Shown here one piece after another: positions 19,069 through 30,017 of a stretch of 64,000 nucleotides of DNA. Location: the NCBI GenBank assembly GCA_965218425.1, contig OZ244621.1:2816001-2880000 (forward strand), given 5' to 3'. Made by a program: the position numbers and the translations under genes. The notes under the pieces were generated by a model. The model was not told the DNA's origin. It saw nothing but the letters and a program-made list of their open reading frames with translations, and did not search any database. Source of the DNA: an uncultured Candidatus Binatia bacterium. GTDB lineage: Bacteria; Desulfobacterota; Binatia; UBA9968; CAXXLF01. Numbering within the stretch: position 1 is the first letter of the stretch; every line of letters starts with the position of its first letter.

Positions 19069-20352
19069 ATGTTTAGTGCTGAAGAAAATGAGATGTTAAC
19101 CAGGGTCGGGCCCGGCACCCCCATGGGCGAGCTTGTACGGCGCTTCTGGATTCCTTTCCTTTTGTCGGAAGAGCTCCCTGCTCCCGACTGCCCGCCGTTA
19201 CGAGTCCGGTTGATGGGAGAAGACCTCGTGGCTTTTCGGGCCACGGATGGGCGGGTTGGACTCATCGATGCCTACTGCGCCCACCGGCGAGCTCCCCTGT
19301 TTTTCGGGCGCAACGAGGAAGGTGGTTTGCGGTGCGTGTACCATGGGTGGAAGTATGACGTGGGTGGCCGCTGCATTGACATGCCCTCAGAGCCCCCAAC
19401 GAGCAACTTCAAGGATAAAGTCGGTCTAACGGCATACCCTGTTCGGGAGCGCGCAGGAGCACTTTGGGCGTATATGGGTCCTGTGCAGAATACGCCCGGG
19501 ATGCCCGCATTGGAGTGGATAGATCTTCCTCAAAGCCATCGATACGTTACCAAACGCCATCAACGGACAAATTTCGTGCAAGCCGTTGAGGGTGGTCTTG
19601 ACTCCATTCACCTCGCATTTCTTCACAGTCGGACCGCACCGTTAGGGACATCTGGAGATACCAATGGTCGTACGGGAGTCGACATGAAAGAGAGGTGGAA
19701 GGTCGGAAATGGACCGGTTTATCGCGTTTACGACACGGACTCCGGCGTAATGCTAGTGACTCGAAGGGAACCCGACGAGAAGACATACCACTGGCATGCC
19801 ATCTATTGGCTCATGCCGTTCTATAATACCTGGCCTGCCGGTGGTGGAGAGGGGGGCTCCAATGCCAGCGGTCGAGGCCTGATGTGGACGCCCATCGACG
19901 ACGAGCATACGTGGGTGTTTTCTGTCACTTGGGACCCCGATCGGGTCTTAGACGATGAAGACTACTCCGAGGCGGAGGCCTTCAGCGGGGAGACCATCCC
20001 TGGTACCTACATACCCCGGCTCAACAAAGACAACGATTACCTCATCGATAGGGGGTTGCAGCAGAGGGAATCCTTTACGGGGATCAATGGATTCCAAGCT
20101 CAGGACTTCGCTGTCCAGGAGGGGATGGGGCCGATCGTGGATCGAACGAAGGAGCACCTGGGGACGAGTGATGTTGCAATCATCCAAATACGGCGGCGGT
20201 TGCTCAGGGCGGCTAACGAACTTCGAGAGGGAATCGAGCCGTTTCCGGCTCGACATGGAGATGTTTATAGGGTGCGGGCCAAGGGGTTAACGCTGCCTCG
20301 AGGCGCTGAACTGGATGACCACGCTATAAGCGCTCTCTCGGGGCGCGTCTAG
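19069..20352 (+). CDS. Rieske non-heme iron oxygenase, phthalate 4,5-dioxygenase-like alpha subunit
   Basis: CAH...CVYH Rieske motif; EGGLDSIHLAFLH; QDFAVQEGMG..DRTKEHLG. Confidence 0.9.
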   Translation: MFSAEENEMLTRVGPGTPMGELVRRFWIPFLLSEELPAPDCPPLRVRLMGEDLVAFRATDGRVGLIDAYCAHRRAPLFFGRNEEGGLRCVYHGWKYDVGGRCIDMPSEPPTSNFKDKVGLTAYPVRERAGALWAYMGPVQNTPGMPALEWIDLPQSHRYVTKRHQRTNFVQAVEGGLDSIHLAFLHSRTAPLGTSGDTNGRTGVDMKERWKVGNGPVYRVYDTDSGVMLVTRREPDEKTYHWHAIYWLMPFYNTWPAGGGEGGSNASGRGLMWTPIDDEHTWVFSVTWDPDRVLDDEDYSEAEAFSGETIPGTYIPRLNKDNDYLIDRGLQQRESFTGINGFQAQDFAVQEGMGPIVDRTKEHLGTSDVAIIQIRRRLLRAANELREGIEPFPARHGDVYRVRAKGLTLPRGAELDDHAISALSGRV

Positions 20353-20391
20353 GCCGAAGGCTGGTTTGAGGGACAAAAGAAAAGGAGGTAC

Positions 20392-21612
20392 ATGAAAATG
20401 AGATTCTTATCACTGGGGAGAGAGCCGATAAAAATGGGGTTGATCGCGCTTAGCGGCTTTTTGTTGATGGCGACATGGGCATCCATGGGAGAAGATCCGA
20501 CATCCACTCCAGCTGTTCTTGCGGCGGCGTCTTCCCCGGGGGTCTCGCAAGGGTCGGAAGGCCAACGCCTATTAAAGGAGCTGGTCGAAGCGGCTAGAAA
20601 AGAAGGCAAACTTGACTGGTTCGGAGTATCGAGCTTGCGTAAGTCAGGGGCCCGCAAAATGGCAGAAGCCTTTAATCGCCGTTTTGGGCTTAATATTAAA
20701 GTCAACGCCAATGTGTCTGGGGGAACCGTGCCAGCATTTTCGAAGGCAGTGTTAGAGACAAGGGCGCGTGTTCGCCCGACGTACGACGTGATGCAGGGCG
20801 TGGACCACCACGCGTTGGAAATGGCGGATGTGGGAGGCTCGCGTTACATTGACAAATGGGAGATTATCCTCCGCGAGATTTCGCCCGAAGCGTATCGGGT
20901 TCGTCATAAGATTAGCCCCGCAGACGTGGCCGGGCAGTCATTTCAGTATGGCAATCGGTTAAAGGCGGTGTTGTACAATACGGAAAAGATCTCCAGGGAA
21001 GATTTGCCTAAGACCTGGGCAGAAATGGGCGATCCCAAATATCGAGGAAAGTATAGCGTGCCCCCGTGGGTTGCGGATTCCCTCTATGGTATCCTCAAGT
21101 ACCCGAAGGATGGTTGGTACGAGACCGTAAAGCGAAACAGCGCCTGGGGTGTGCCCGTTCTCAAATACCGGGGCGCGCTTAAGCGCATGTTGTTGGGCGA
21201 GTTCGCTTTCTTCCACGCCAATGCGTATATGTACTTTCAGACAAAGGCAAAGGACCCGAAAGCGCCGATTGGCCTCTCGTTTTTCAGGGACTTCGAACCC
21301 CTTTCGTACACGTTCATGGTGGTGCGAAAAGGGGCAAAGCATCCCAATGCGGCAGCCCTGTTTGCCCTGTGGTCCGCTACACCGGAAGCGAACCGTATAT
21401 ACTCCGATAGGATTTTCTTGCCGAACTACACTCTGGGAACGGATCCCATCGCTAAGCAGGTCATGAAAGTCGTAAGGAAGCAAGGTGTAGAGCTTGTATC
21501 TTGGTGGGAAAGTCCAGAGACTGTCAAGAAGTTTCGATGGTACAATACGGACGAGGGAAAGGCATACTCACAAAGGCTTGCCAAGGCTTTGACCGGCAGG
21601 GCCGGCAAATGA
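20392..21612 (+). CDS. ABC transporter substrate-binding protein
   Basis: N-terminal hydrophobic segment; AARKEGKL, DPKYRGK and AKHPNAA. Confidence 0.85.
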   Translation: MKMRFLSLGREPIKMGLIALSGFLLMATWASMGEDPTSTPAVLAAASSPGVSQGSEGQRLLKELVEAARKEGKLDWFGVSSLRKSGARKMAEAFNRRFGLNIKVNANVSGGTVPAFSKAVLETRARVRPTYDVMQGVDHHALEMADVGGSRYIDKWEIILREISPEAYRVRHKISPADVAGQSFQYGNRLKAVLYNTEKISREDLPKTWAEMGDPKYRGKYSVPPWVADSLYGILKYPKDGWYETVKRNSAWGVPVLKYRGALKRMLLGEFAFFHANAYMYFQTKAKDPKAPIGLSFFRDFEPLSYTFMVVRKGAKHPNAAALFALWSATPEANRIYSDRIFLPNYTLGTDPIAKQVMKVVRKQGVELVSWWESPETVKKFRWYNTDEGKAYSQRLAKALTGRAGK

Positions 21613-21738
21613 TCCAATAGCCTGCTCACTTCGCCTAAGCGTGTTCGAGCATGAGTTTGGGTAGTTTGTCAGTGTCGAATTCTAGCACCGCCTTGTGACC
21701 CGTACCGTTGAATACTTGGCGAGAAAGAATCCTGCGCG

Positions 21739-23520
21739 ATGGAATTGAGTGCGGCTAGGTCGTGGGTCACTTGGAGCCGCAGTGCCCGTACTGCGTGCGG
21801 CTCCTCGATTGCAGGCAACCTGCTACCTCTAATGGTGGCATGGTTTGCCTGCGGTGCCGTGGTACTGGTGACGTTGTTTGTTGTGTGGATGACGTTTCTT
21901 CCCGGTCTTCCAACCGAGCTCGGGTTTACTCTAAGGAACTATTCCGATGTCTTCACCCCCCTGTTGTTTAGGGTGATCCCGAATACGGCTATCGTCGGAT
22001 TCGGCACAGTCGCCGTTTCGTTGTTTTTCGGTGTATCACTAGCCCTGTTATTACACCGGACGAACGTACCTCTCCGTCAATTTTGGATCACGATTATCCC
22101 ACTCACGGTTATTGTGCCCGGGTTTCTGACGGCCATGGGCTGGCTCATGCTGTTGAGCCCTAAGATTGGGCTTATCAACAAATTCCTCATGCTTGTGTTC
22201 GACCTGCAAAATGCGCCTTTCGACATAGAAAACCCCTGGGGGGTCGCCTTCGTCCAGGGCCTAATGCTGACTCCCGTGATCCTGATCTTGCTCACCGGCC
22301 CCGTGCGTTCCCTCGATCCCGCGTTGGAGGAGGCCGCGCAAGTGGCGGGTGTCAACAGGCGCCATACAATCTGGGGTATCACTCTGCCCATGCTGTGGCC
22401 GGCCATTCTGGGTGGGGCGATCTACACGTTTATGACTGCCATAGCCATTTTTGAGGTCGCTTATCTAATAGGCGGCATCGGAAAGAGCCCTGTCCTTGCG
22501 ACGGAATTGTTTCTGAACACGCGGCCCCTAGGAGCAACCACGAGCGTTCCAAGGTTTGGAATCGCGGGGGTTTATGGCGTGCTTATCATCGTTCCTAGCC
22601 TGATAGCCCTCGCTTTCTATTTCCGTGTGATCGAGAAGGGTTATCGCTATGTCGTGGTTACGGGGAAGGGCTATGTACCGAAAACGATCAACCTCGGGAA
22701 GGCTCGTTATTTCGCCCTGCTCTTCGTGCTGCTGTACTTCTCCCTGGCTGTGGCCATGCCCCTACTGATGCTCCTGTGGGCCTCTTTGCTGCCCTATCTC
22801 GTGATGCCTTCGGTGAAGGCTTTGTCATTGGTGAGCCTAAGGTGGTACGGCGAGTTGATGGATATTATTGGAGGTTTCGAGGTCATCTGGAACACGTTTG
22901 TCTTGATGATATCCGTCCCTCTTATCGTTATGTTCTTTAGCTTTATGATTTCTTGGATCGTCGTTAGGACTCAAATGAGGGGTAGGCGTGTTTTGGACAT
23001 GGTGGCGATGCTTCCTCATGCTATTCCGGGCCTCGCGTTTGCTTTCGCCCTGTTTATGTTGGCGATTGTTGCCGCGCGGTGGGTAGAGTGGTTTCCCTTT
23101 TACCAGACTATAGGGATCGTTGTGTTGGCCAACGCCTTGAACCGGCTTTCCTATGCCACCCGTATTACGAATGCAGCATTGCTTCAAGTTGGCCGGGAAC
23201 TGGAGGAGGCGGCCGAGGTGAGCGGCGTGCGGAGACTAGGAATCATGTGGTGGGTGTTGGCGCCACTGATCAGGCCATCACTTTTATTTGGGGCAATGTG
23301 GACAGGACTCTTGGCCATTCGTGAGATTACGATGGCGCTCATGTTGAGCGGGCCCGAGAATCAAGTGATTTCCGTGCAGATTTGGTCTAGATGGGACGCG
23401 GGAGACCTTAGTGAGGCCGCAGCGCTCGGCGTGGTGATGGTCTTTGTACTAGGGGCGCTCGTTTTTATTATTCAAAAGCTTACGGGTCGCCATGTAGGCG
23501 GAGAAACTCGGCTGACGTAG
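21739..23520 (+). CDS. ABC transporter permease (FbpB-like)
   Basis: TM-rich; LEEAAQVAG and LEEAAEVSG loops. Confidence 0.9.
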   Translation: MELSAARSWVTWSRSARTACGSSIAGNLLPLMVAWFACGAVVLVTLFVVWMTFLPGLPTELGFTLRNYSDVFTPLLFRVIPNTAIVGFGTVAVSLFFGVSLALLLHRTNVPLRQFWITIIPLTVIVPGFLTAMGWLMLLSPKIGLINKFLMLVFDLQNAPFDIENPWGVAFVQGLMLTPVILILLTGPVRSLDPALEEAAQVAGVNRRHTIWGITLPMLWPAILGGAIYTFMTAIAIFEVAYLIGGIGKSPVLATELFLNTRPLGATTSVPRFGIAGVYGVLIIVPSLIALAFYFRVIEKGYRYVVVTGKGYVPKTINLGKARYFALLFVLLYFSLAVAMPLLMLLWASLLPYLVMPSVKALSLVSLRWYGELMDIIGGFEVIWNTFVLMISVPLIVMFFSFMISWIVVRTQMRGRRVLDMVAMLPHAIPGLAFAFALFMLAIVAARWVEWFPFYQTIGIVVLANALNRLSYATRITNAALLQVGRELEEAAEVSGVRRLGIMWWVLAPLIRPSLLFGAMWTGLLAIREITMALMLSGPENQVISVQIWSRWDAGDLSEAAALGVVMVFVLGALVFIIQKLTGRHVGGETRLT

Positions 23521-23542
23521 TTTGATAGGTCAGCGCGGCACT

Positions 23543-24667
23543 ATGCTAAAAGTAAAGCAGCTTACCAAGAGTTACATCACCGATCGGGGACGGGTGGAGG
23601 CAGTCCGTGGCGTAGATTTTGAGGTCGGAGAGGGAGAGCTGTTCACGCTGTTGGGACCTTCTGGATGCGGCAAGACGACCACGTTGCGTTGTGTTGCCGG
23701 GTTGGAAACTCCAGACTCAGGAGAGATCCGTATAGGAGAAAAGGCTATATTTGCTGACCAAGGGCGAACAGTGGTGCCTACCTACCTGCGCGGAATAGGC
23801 ATGGTTTTTCAGTCTTACGCTATTTGGCCCCACATGACGGTTTTCCAGAACGTTGCATTCCCGCTTATTCGAGGAAGCTTAAGGGTTACCAAGAGTGAGG
23901 TGAACAAACGAGTCTCAAAAGCCCTCAGTTTGGTTCAGATGGAAACGATGCTGGATCGGCCAGCGCCTTTGTTGAGTGGGGGTCAACAGCAAAGAGTGGC
24001 TTTGGCGCGGGCCTTGGTACACGAGCCGAAGGTTCTGCTGTTGGACGAGCCGTTGAGCAACTTGGACGCCAAGTTGCGTGCGGATATGAGGCTTGAACTA
24101 AAAGAGCTGATGAAGCGGATCAACATTACTACCCTGTATGTTACTCATGATCAGGTTGAAGCGCTCTCTTTGTCAGACAGGATAGCTATCATGGATCAGG
24201 GGCGCATTGTCCAGATAGGGTCACCGCGGGATATCTATCTCTCGCCTAAAAATACTTTCGCCGCCTCTTTCGTCGGCCAGAGCAACTTGTTCAAGGCCCG
24301 CGTGACCTCCCGGGACAACGGTGGAGACAGGGGGACGGTCGAGACCGGGATTGGTCCACTGATTTGCTACCTGCCACGGCAGCATCAGGAAGGCGATGTC
24401 CTCCTTGTCGCTATTCGGCCCGAAGCGATATTGGCTGACTTGCGTCGGCCCGAACGTAATGAAAACGTCTTCGAAGCCGAGGTCGAGAGCGTGACATTCA
24501 TCGGTGATGCCTTAGAGTGTGAGTTCAGGATCGGAGATGGATTGGTCCGGGTGAAGGCGGATCCGGTGCTGGAGCTGCGAGAAGGGATTCGCGCCTATTT
24601 ATACCTTCCCCCGAGTAGATGTTTGGTTCTGTCGGAGCCTGTTCCCCCCGACCAAGAACGAGACTAG
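23543..24667 (+). CDS. ABC transporter ATP-binding protein (PotA/FbpC-like, TOBE domain)
   Basis: GPSGCGKT, LSGGQQQR and LLLDEP motifs. Confidence 0.95.
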   Translation: MLKVKQLTKSYITDRGRVEAVRGVDFEVGEGELFTLLGPSGCGKTTTLRCVAGLETPDSGEIRIGEKAIFADQGRTVVPTYLRGIGMVFQSYAIWPHMTVFQNVAFPLIRGSLRVTKSEVNKRVSKALSLVQMETMLDRPAPLLSGGQQQRVALARALVHEPKVLLLDEPLSNLDAKLRADMRLELKELMKRINITTLYVTHDQVEALSLSDRIAIMDQGRIVQIGSPRDIYLSPKNTFAASFVGQSNLFKARVTSRDNGGDRGTVETGIGPLICYLPRQHQEGDVLLVAIRPEAILADLRRPERNENVFEAEVESVTFIGDALECEFRIGDGLVRVKADPVLELREGIRAYLYLPPSRCLVLSEPVPPDQERD

Positions 24668-24680
24668 AGGAGAATGAACG

Positions 24681-25982
24681 ATGCTGACATCTGAAGAGAA
24701 CGAGATGCTCACTCACGTGGGCAGGGGAACACCCATGGGTGAGCTTCTGCGCAGATTTTGGGTCCCCTTCCTCCTCTCGAACGAACTTCCCGGCCCGGAT
24801 TGTCCCCCCGTACGTGTCCGACTCCTCGGTGAGGACTTGGTCGCCTTCCGCGACACACAAGGTAAAGTAGGACTTGTCGATGCCTACTGCGCTCACCGGC
24901 GAGCTCCCCTGTTTTTCGGGCGCAACGAGGATGGGGGCTTGCGGTGCGTATATCATGGTTGGAAGTATGATAGGCAGGGCAACTGTGTAGACATGCCGTC
25001 GGAGCCGCCGGAAAGCGGTTTCAAGAGCAAGATCAAGATAACTTCGTACCTGGTTCATGAACAGAAAGGCGTAGTGTGGGCGTATCTCGGGCCGCCTGAG
25101 CGACTTCCCAAGATGCCTGCTTTAGAGTGGCTCGACCTTCAGGAGGGTCATCAGTTCGTTACCAAGCGTCATGAGCGGGCCAACTTTGTACAGGCCGTTG
25201 AAGGAGGCATCGACACCGTCCATGTTCCGTACTTGCATAGTCGAGTGAGCTCTCATCAGAGCCGGTCGACGGCGCCGAAGAGCTTGGGGTTTGACAAGAC
25301 ACCTATCGTCGCTTATCTGTCCACGCTCAAAGCTCCGAGGTACAAGGCAAAGCAAACGCCCTATGGCGTCATGCTGGCGACTCGCAGGCCCGGAGAAGGT
25401 GAGACGGACACTTACCGACTCACGCTCTGGCTTATGCCCTTCTATAATATGTTTGCGAGCGAGAGCGCGAGGGGGGACGGTGTCGCCAATGGGCGCGGTT
25501 TAATGTGGACCCCCATCGATGACAACAATTGCTGGGCGTTTTCGGTAACATGGGATCGGGAGCAACCCCTGAATGAGGTAGACCGCACTGACGCGGAGGC
25601 TTTCAGCACTGAGGTGATACCCGGGACGTTTATCCCTATACGCAACAAGGACAACGACTATCTTATTGATAGGGAGGCGCAGAGAACCGTGTCGTTTACT
25701 GGTATCCAGGGCTTCCAGCCACAAGATCTGGCCGTACAGGAAGGTATGGGCCCGATCGTAGATCGAACGAAAGAGCACCTGGGGACCAGCGACGCGGCGA
25801 TTATTCTAATACGCCGTCATCTCCTAAAAGCCGCTATGGATCTAAGGGAAGGGATCGAGCCGTTCCAGGCCCAACACGGCGAGTTGTATCGTGTCTGGGC
25901 GAGGGAGATCGCTGTAAAAAAAGAAGAAGAACTTAACGACAAGATTATGGAGGCTTTGACAGTAGATCCGCAATGCGCCTGA
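24681..25982 (+). CDS. Rieske oxygenase alpha subunit, paralog 2
   Basis: CAH...CVYH; EGGIDTVHVPYLH; QDLAVQEGMG. Confidence 0.9.
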   Translation: MLTSEENEMLTHVGRGTPMGELLRRFWVPFLLSNELPGPDCPPVRVRLLGEDLVAFRDTQGKVGLVDAYCAHRRAPLFFGRNEDGGLRCVYHGWKYDRQGNCVDMPSEPPESGFKSKIKITSYLVHEQKGVVWAYLGPPERLPKMPALEWLDLQEGHQFVTKRHERANFVQAVEGGIDTVHVPYLHSRVSSHQSRSTAPKSLGFDKTPIVAYLSTLKAPRYKAKQTPYGVMLATRRPGEGETDTYRLTLWLMPFYNMFASESARGDGVANGRGLMWTPIDDNNCWAFSVTWDREQPLNEVDRTDAEAFSTEVIPGTFIPIRNKDNDYLIDREAQRTVSFTGIQGFQPQDLAVQEGMGPIVDRTKEHLGTSDAAIILIRRHLLKAAMDLREGIEPFQAQHGELYRVWAREIAVKKEEELNDKIMEALTVDPQCA

Positions 25983-26075
25983 TCGATCACCATGCCCGCT
26001 TAGCCATTCGGCGCTGACGTGAGTATCCGGCTCCTGGATCTCCGGTCGGATAGGGCAAAACGAAGCTGGCGTCGG

Positions 26076-26807
26076 CTATGGGGCGGCCTGGAGTCGGCCA
26101 TCCGTCAGACGCACAAGCTGGCCGGACAACTCCATCCCTGCTTGGGCCGCGAACACATAAAGGTCGCCGACTGACTCGGGGCCGGGAAGACGCTGACGAA
26201 CTTCTTCGGGCGCCTCCTCGGTGGCCACCGCCCCGCTTGCCCCGGTTACGACGATGCAGATATTGAACTCTCTTTCCTCCTCAGCCACATAGCGGGTGAA
26301 GGCGCGTACCGCTTGCTTTGAAGCAACGTAAGCGCAGGAGCCGAAAGGCGTCAGTTGTCCTCCGCCATACGTGTTTATGATATGGCCGGAACGCTGCTCC
26401 TCCATATAAGGCAAGATATTCTTAGTGCACAGGAAAGTGCCGCTCAGGTTTGTCTCGATTACGCAGTCCCAGAAACTTTTGTCCATGTCGCGGATTCGAG
26501 GCCATAGCGGAGTCCACGCAGGATGGGTAACGACAGCTGCGTTGTTGAGGAGCACATCGATGCGGCCGAAGCGGCTCGCGACCTTTTCCGCCATCGCTTT
26601 TACCTGGTCTTCACGTTGGACATCGACCCTTATCCCGATTGCTTCGGCTCCATCAGATTGCAACTCGCTGAGAACCTTATCCGATGGCAGTATGTCGGCA
26701 ATAACGACTCTTGCGCCTTCTCTGGCAAAAGTGTGAGCCGCGTGTCGCCCGATTCCCTTGGCGCCGCCGGTAACAATTACGACTCGGTCTCGCATCATCG
26801 TTTTCAC
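26076..26807 (-). CDS. SDR family oxidoreductase
   Basis: TGGAKGIG, NNA and YVASK motifs. Confidence 0.9.
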   Translation of the reverse strand: MKTMMRDRVVIVTGGAKGIGRHAAHTFAREGARVVIADILPSDKVLSELQSDGAEAIGIRVDVQREDQVKAMAEKVASRFGRIDVLLNNAAVVTHPAWTPLWPRIRDMDKSFWDCVIETNLSGTFLCTKNILPYMEEQRSGHIINTYGGGQLTPFGSCAYVASKQAVRAFTRYVAEEEREFNICIVVTGASGAVATEEAPEEVRQRLPGPESVGDLYVFAAQAGMELSGQLVRLTDGRLQAAP

Positions 26808-26918
26808 CCTTGCTCTTGCGGCAGTTTAAAATCCCTTTTTCCGGGGGATTGTAATGTTCACTTCGGTTGCTGTCAACGGCAGGCGGCTTAGTAAAACCCC
26901 GGTGTTCGGCTCAGAGCC

Positions 26919-28385
26919 TTAAAGCTCCCCTGCATGTCTCGAGGCATCCTTCGCATAATTGGCCGCACTCTCTCCCGCCACTCGGCCGAACACGAGGCAT
27001 ACCTGAAGCGAAGCTGCCAGCATGTCGTGGTTGGACCGGTAGGTCCAGGTTCCCGTCGGAGTTTGCGCCCATATCCCGCTAAAGATCCCGCCGAAGATCG
27101 CCCCCGCCGCAAAGAGTCCGGGGATGGGGTTTGCGCTTCCGTCGAGCACCCGTGCCCGGGAATCTATTTCAAGGCCTCCCCAGATGGTGTTCATGGATGA
27201 CCAGACCGGGTAAACCGTGTGGAAGGGCGGACTGTCGATTAGCGCCGCTGTGGCGAGATGTTCGCCCTTGGGGATTTCCAGGGCCAGCGCTTTATTATTG
27301 GTTACGCACTGGTTGAATTCGCGTACCGTGGCCTCCATCTGCGCTGCCGGAGCTCCAATGAACTCCGCGATTTCCCCGAGGGTCTGTCCCTGGCGAATGG
27401 CTCCGGGAACCGCCTCCTCGTACTTTTGAGCTTCTTCCGGAAATCGCTCCAGAGTTTTCTGATCAAAGAGCAGAGCCGCCACACCCCCGGGCTGACGCAT
27501 GATGGCGGTGGAAATCGGGTCGCTTTCTTCCGACTCATCGATAAACCTCTTACCGTCTTTGTTGATCCACAGTCCCCACCGGCCGGTATTGAGCAGGGCG
27601 CGTGTGGGCCCGCCCTGATTCTTTGGCTTCACCCCCGGGGCTTCCCATGCTTTGTCCTCCGCGCCGCAGTGAATGAGAAACGGCTGCCTGGCGAAGCTCG
27701 CCCCCACCTCCATGGCCATGAGCTGCCCGTCGCCTGTGTGGCTCGAGGAGGACACGCGCTTCTTGAAAGCGGTCTCATGGACCTGCCTCCCAAGATAGCT
27801 TTGCACCATCTCCTCGTTGGATTCGAACCCTCCCGTGGCCAGGATAACCGCGTCAGCGGAGTATTGCTCGAGTCCCTCCCGGGTCAAGGCTTCCACGCCG
27901 ACGATTCCGCCTCTTCCATTGGTTAGCAGCCTCTTCGCGTCTGTGTCGAATTGAAAATCCACTCCCCTGGACCGAGCGATCTTTCCCATGAAAGGGGGGA
28001 TGGCCGCGCCTCTGCCGTCCACCAGAAAACCGCCTTTTCGGGCAGGATTGGGTATGAAGGGAAGCCCCAGGTCATCTTTCAGCCAGGCGAAGTCATGCGC
28101 CAGCCTGCGGGCAAAAACACTGACCAGATCGAGATCGCACTGAAAATTGCTTGTCTCCTGAAAGGCCAGGATCAATTCCGGCTGGGATAATTCTCCATAG
28201 GGTTGGACGTGGAGGCTAAACCCCCCGCCGGCCATAAAGGTGCTGCTATGGGTGAGATCCGGAGATTTCTCGATTAAAGTCACTGCGGCACCCAGTTCCG
28301 CGGCTTGGATTGCCGCGGTCAAGCCGCCCATGCCGCCGCCCACGACGAGTACCTTTCTAACCTGTGCTGTGGAATCTTCAGTCAT
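26919..28385 (-). CDS. FAD-dependent oxidoreductase (fumarate reductase/TcuA/flavocytochrome c flavin-subunit family)
   Basis: VGGGMGG, ILATGGF, TGDG, GKRFIDE and GLFAAG motifs. Confidence 0.85.
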   Translation of the reverse strand: MTEDSTAQVRKVLVVGGGMGGLTAAIQAAELGAAVTLIEKSPDLTHSSTFMAGGGFSLHVQPYGELSQPELILAFQETSNFQCDLDLVSVFARRLAHDFAWLKDDLGLPFIPNPARKGGFLVDGRGAAIPPFMGKIARSRGVDFQFDTDAKRLLTNGRGGIVGVEALTREGLEQYSADAVILATGGFESNEEMVQSYLGRQVHETAFKKRVSSSSHTGDGQLMAMEVGASFARQPFLIHCGAEDKAWEAPGVKPKNQGGPTRALLNTGRWGLWINKDGKRFIDESEESDPISTAIMRQPGGVAALLFDQKTLERFPEEAQKYEEAVPGAIRQGQTLGEIAEFIGAPAAQMEATVREFNQCVTNNKALALEIPKGEHLATAALIDSPPFHTVYPVWSSMNTIWGGLEIDSRARVLDGSANPIPGLFAAGAIFGGIFSGIWAQTPTGTWTYRSNHDMLAASLQVCLVFGRVAGESAANYAKDASRHAGEL

Positions 28386-28487
28386 CGGCAAGAAAATATG
28401 AAGAGTTTAGTTATCGGGACAATGCAGAGTATTTTAGCGGCTGCGCGCGGTCTCATGTGAGACGAAATACTCGACGCGCCCCAAAGG

Positions 28488-29618
28488 TTATCCTGCGATG
28501 GGGTCCGTCCGGTAGGTGACCGCAGGCATCTGTGAGGTAACGCCATTTCTCTTCAATTCCTCCTCGAAGTCCTTTCGCACCCGCGGGTCTTCGTCGTCGT
28601 ACTTGATGACCGTTCCTCCCTCGCGAATGCTCAGGGTGACCCCTTCACGGCCGCTGGTGGCGTCGTGAAATCCCGTGGGATTTGTTCGGCTGCCCAGCCG
28701 TATGGCCACGTGCCGCGCCGGCTCGTTGCCGGTGTTGAGATGCTGGTGGAACCAACCGTCCGGCGGACTATAGATGCTGCCCGGCTTCCAGTTGAACTTA
28801 ACTATTTTATCCTGCCTCCCGGATTGATAGGGATGGATCCCGAGCTCCTTGGGCCACATCAGTAAATAGCCCGTGGAGCGAAGAACGAGCAGGATGGCCC
28901 CGGCGGCATGATAGTGGGCGTTGTGATAGATGCCCGCCGGCCAGTCGGAGATGTGTCCCACGAGGCAGTTGTCCGACATCTCGAAGCAGGTGGTCTGCCC
29001 CCTGGTGGTTTTGTAGGTTGCATCGTCCAGGAGGGCCGATCTCGCATCCGCGATGAAGTTCGTGTCCCACATCTTTGCCTTGTTGGCCTCGTACCTTTTG
29101 TTGCCGGTTTGAAAGTAGTCCTGTTCGCCGCGGTAGCGAGACGTGAACCGGTAGTTGCTATTGAAGACAAATCCGGGGTCGCGGAACAGATCGAGAACCA
29201 TTGGAGCCGTGGTCACGGCCAGGACTACGGCGGGCTCCCTGGCCCCGTTGACCAGCCGGTGCCAGGTGTTGAGGGGCGGGGCGAAGATACTCCCTTCACC
29301 CCACTCGAAGGATCGTTTCTTTTCTCCCTCCTGCCAGACCTCGGTGCCGCCGTGTCCCTTTAGAACGTAAAGAACCTTGTCATAAAGGTGCCGCTCCGGA
29401 TTCAAGGCGCCGCCCCCGGGGACCTCCACCACATACATCCCCGTCACCCCTCCTCCTCCCAATAGCTGGATATAGCTTCCCTGACCGCCCAGGCGCTTCC
29501 AGGGTTCGAGAGGCAACTCCGCCACGTCTTCCACGGCAAGGCCGTTGAAAATGGGAATTCCTTCCTGTTCCATCCAGCGTTGGTAGCCCGTCTTTGCGGG
29601 AGTATAGGGCGTATCCAT
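28488..29618 (-). CDS. bicupin protein, paralog of 16269-17405
   Basis: Long near-identical blocks shared with the first cupin (e.g. CFEMSDNCL.GHISDWP.GIYH.AHYHAAGA). Confidence 0.8.
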   Translation of the reverse strand: MDTPYTPAKTGYQRWMEQEGIPIFNGLAVEDVAELPLEPWKRLGGQGSYIQLLGGGGVTGMYVVEVPGGGALNPERHLYDKVLYVLKGHGGTEVWQEGEKKRSFEWGEGSIFAPPLNTWHRLVNGAREPAVVLAVTTAPMVLDLFRDPGFVFNSNYRFTSRYRGEQDYFQTGNKRYEANKAKMWDTNFIADARSALLDDATYKTTRGQTTCFEMSDNCLVGHISDWPAGIYHNAHYHAAGAILLVLRSTGYLLMWPKELGIHPYQSGRQDKIVKFNWKPGSIYSPPDGWFHQHLNTGNEPARHVAIRLGSRTNPTGFHDATSGREGVTLSIREGGTVIKYDDEDPRVRKDFEEELKRNGVTSQMPAVTYRTDPIAG

Positions 29619-30017
29619 CAATGTTCCTCGGCTTTTGTAGAAGTTCGATTCGCTACCTATAGTCGCGGTTGCAATTCATGTCAAACCCGATTTCATCCGA
29701 GTCGAACACAGCCGACTTAGGGAGATAGCTCCCCCGTTCAGGGGGGTGAATAATGGGACGTGACGGCATCGATTGCGAGTAGAGGTCGGTTGCTTTTTTC
29801 GTGGCCCGTCCGCAGTTGGAAGCGTATCGGTGATGTCGTGCCTGCAACCCTCAAATGATAATCTATCCAAAGACACCGAGGCGTGTCAAACCGCCGAGTC
29901 AATGGGCGCCAATGGCTGAGTCTTGTATTTAACGGCGCCTGTTGTTAGGAAACGATCTGTGCCGGCTGCCGTTATAGGGACTAAAGACGTTCATCATTGT
30001 GGTAGGAAGGTTCAGCT

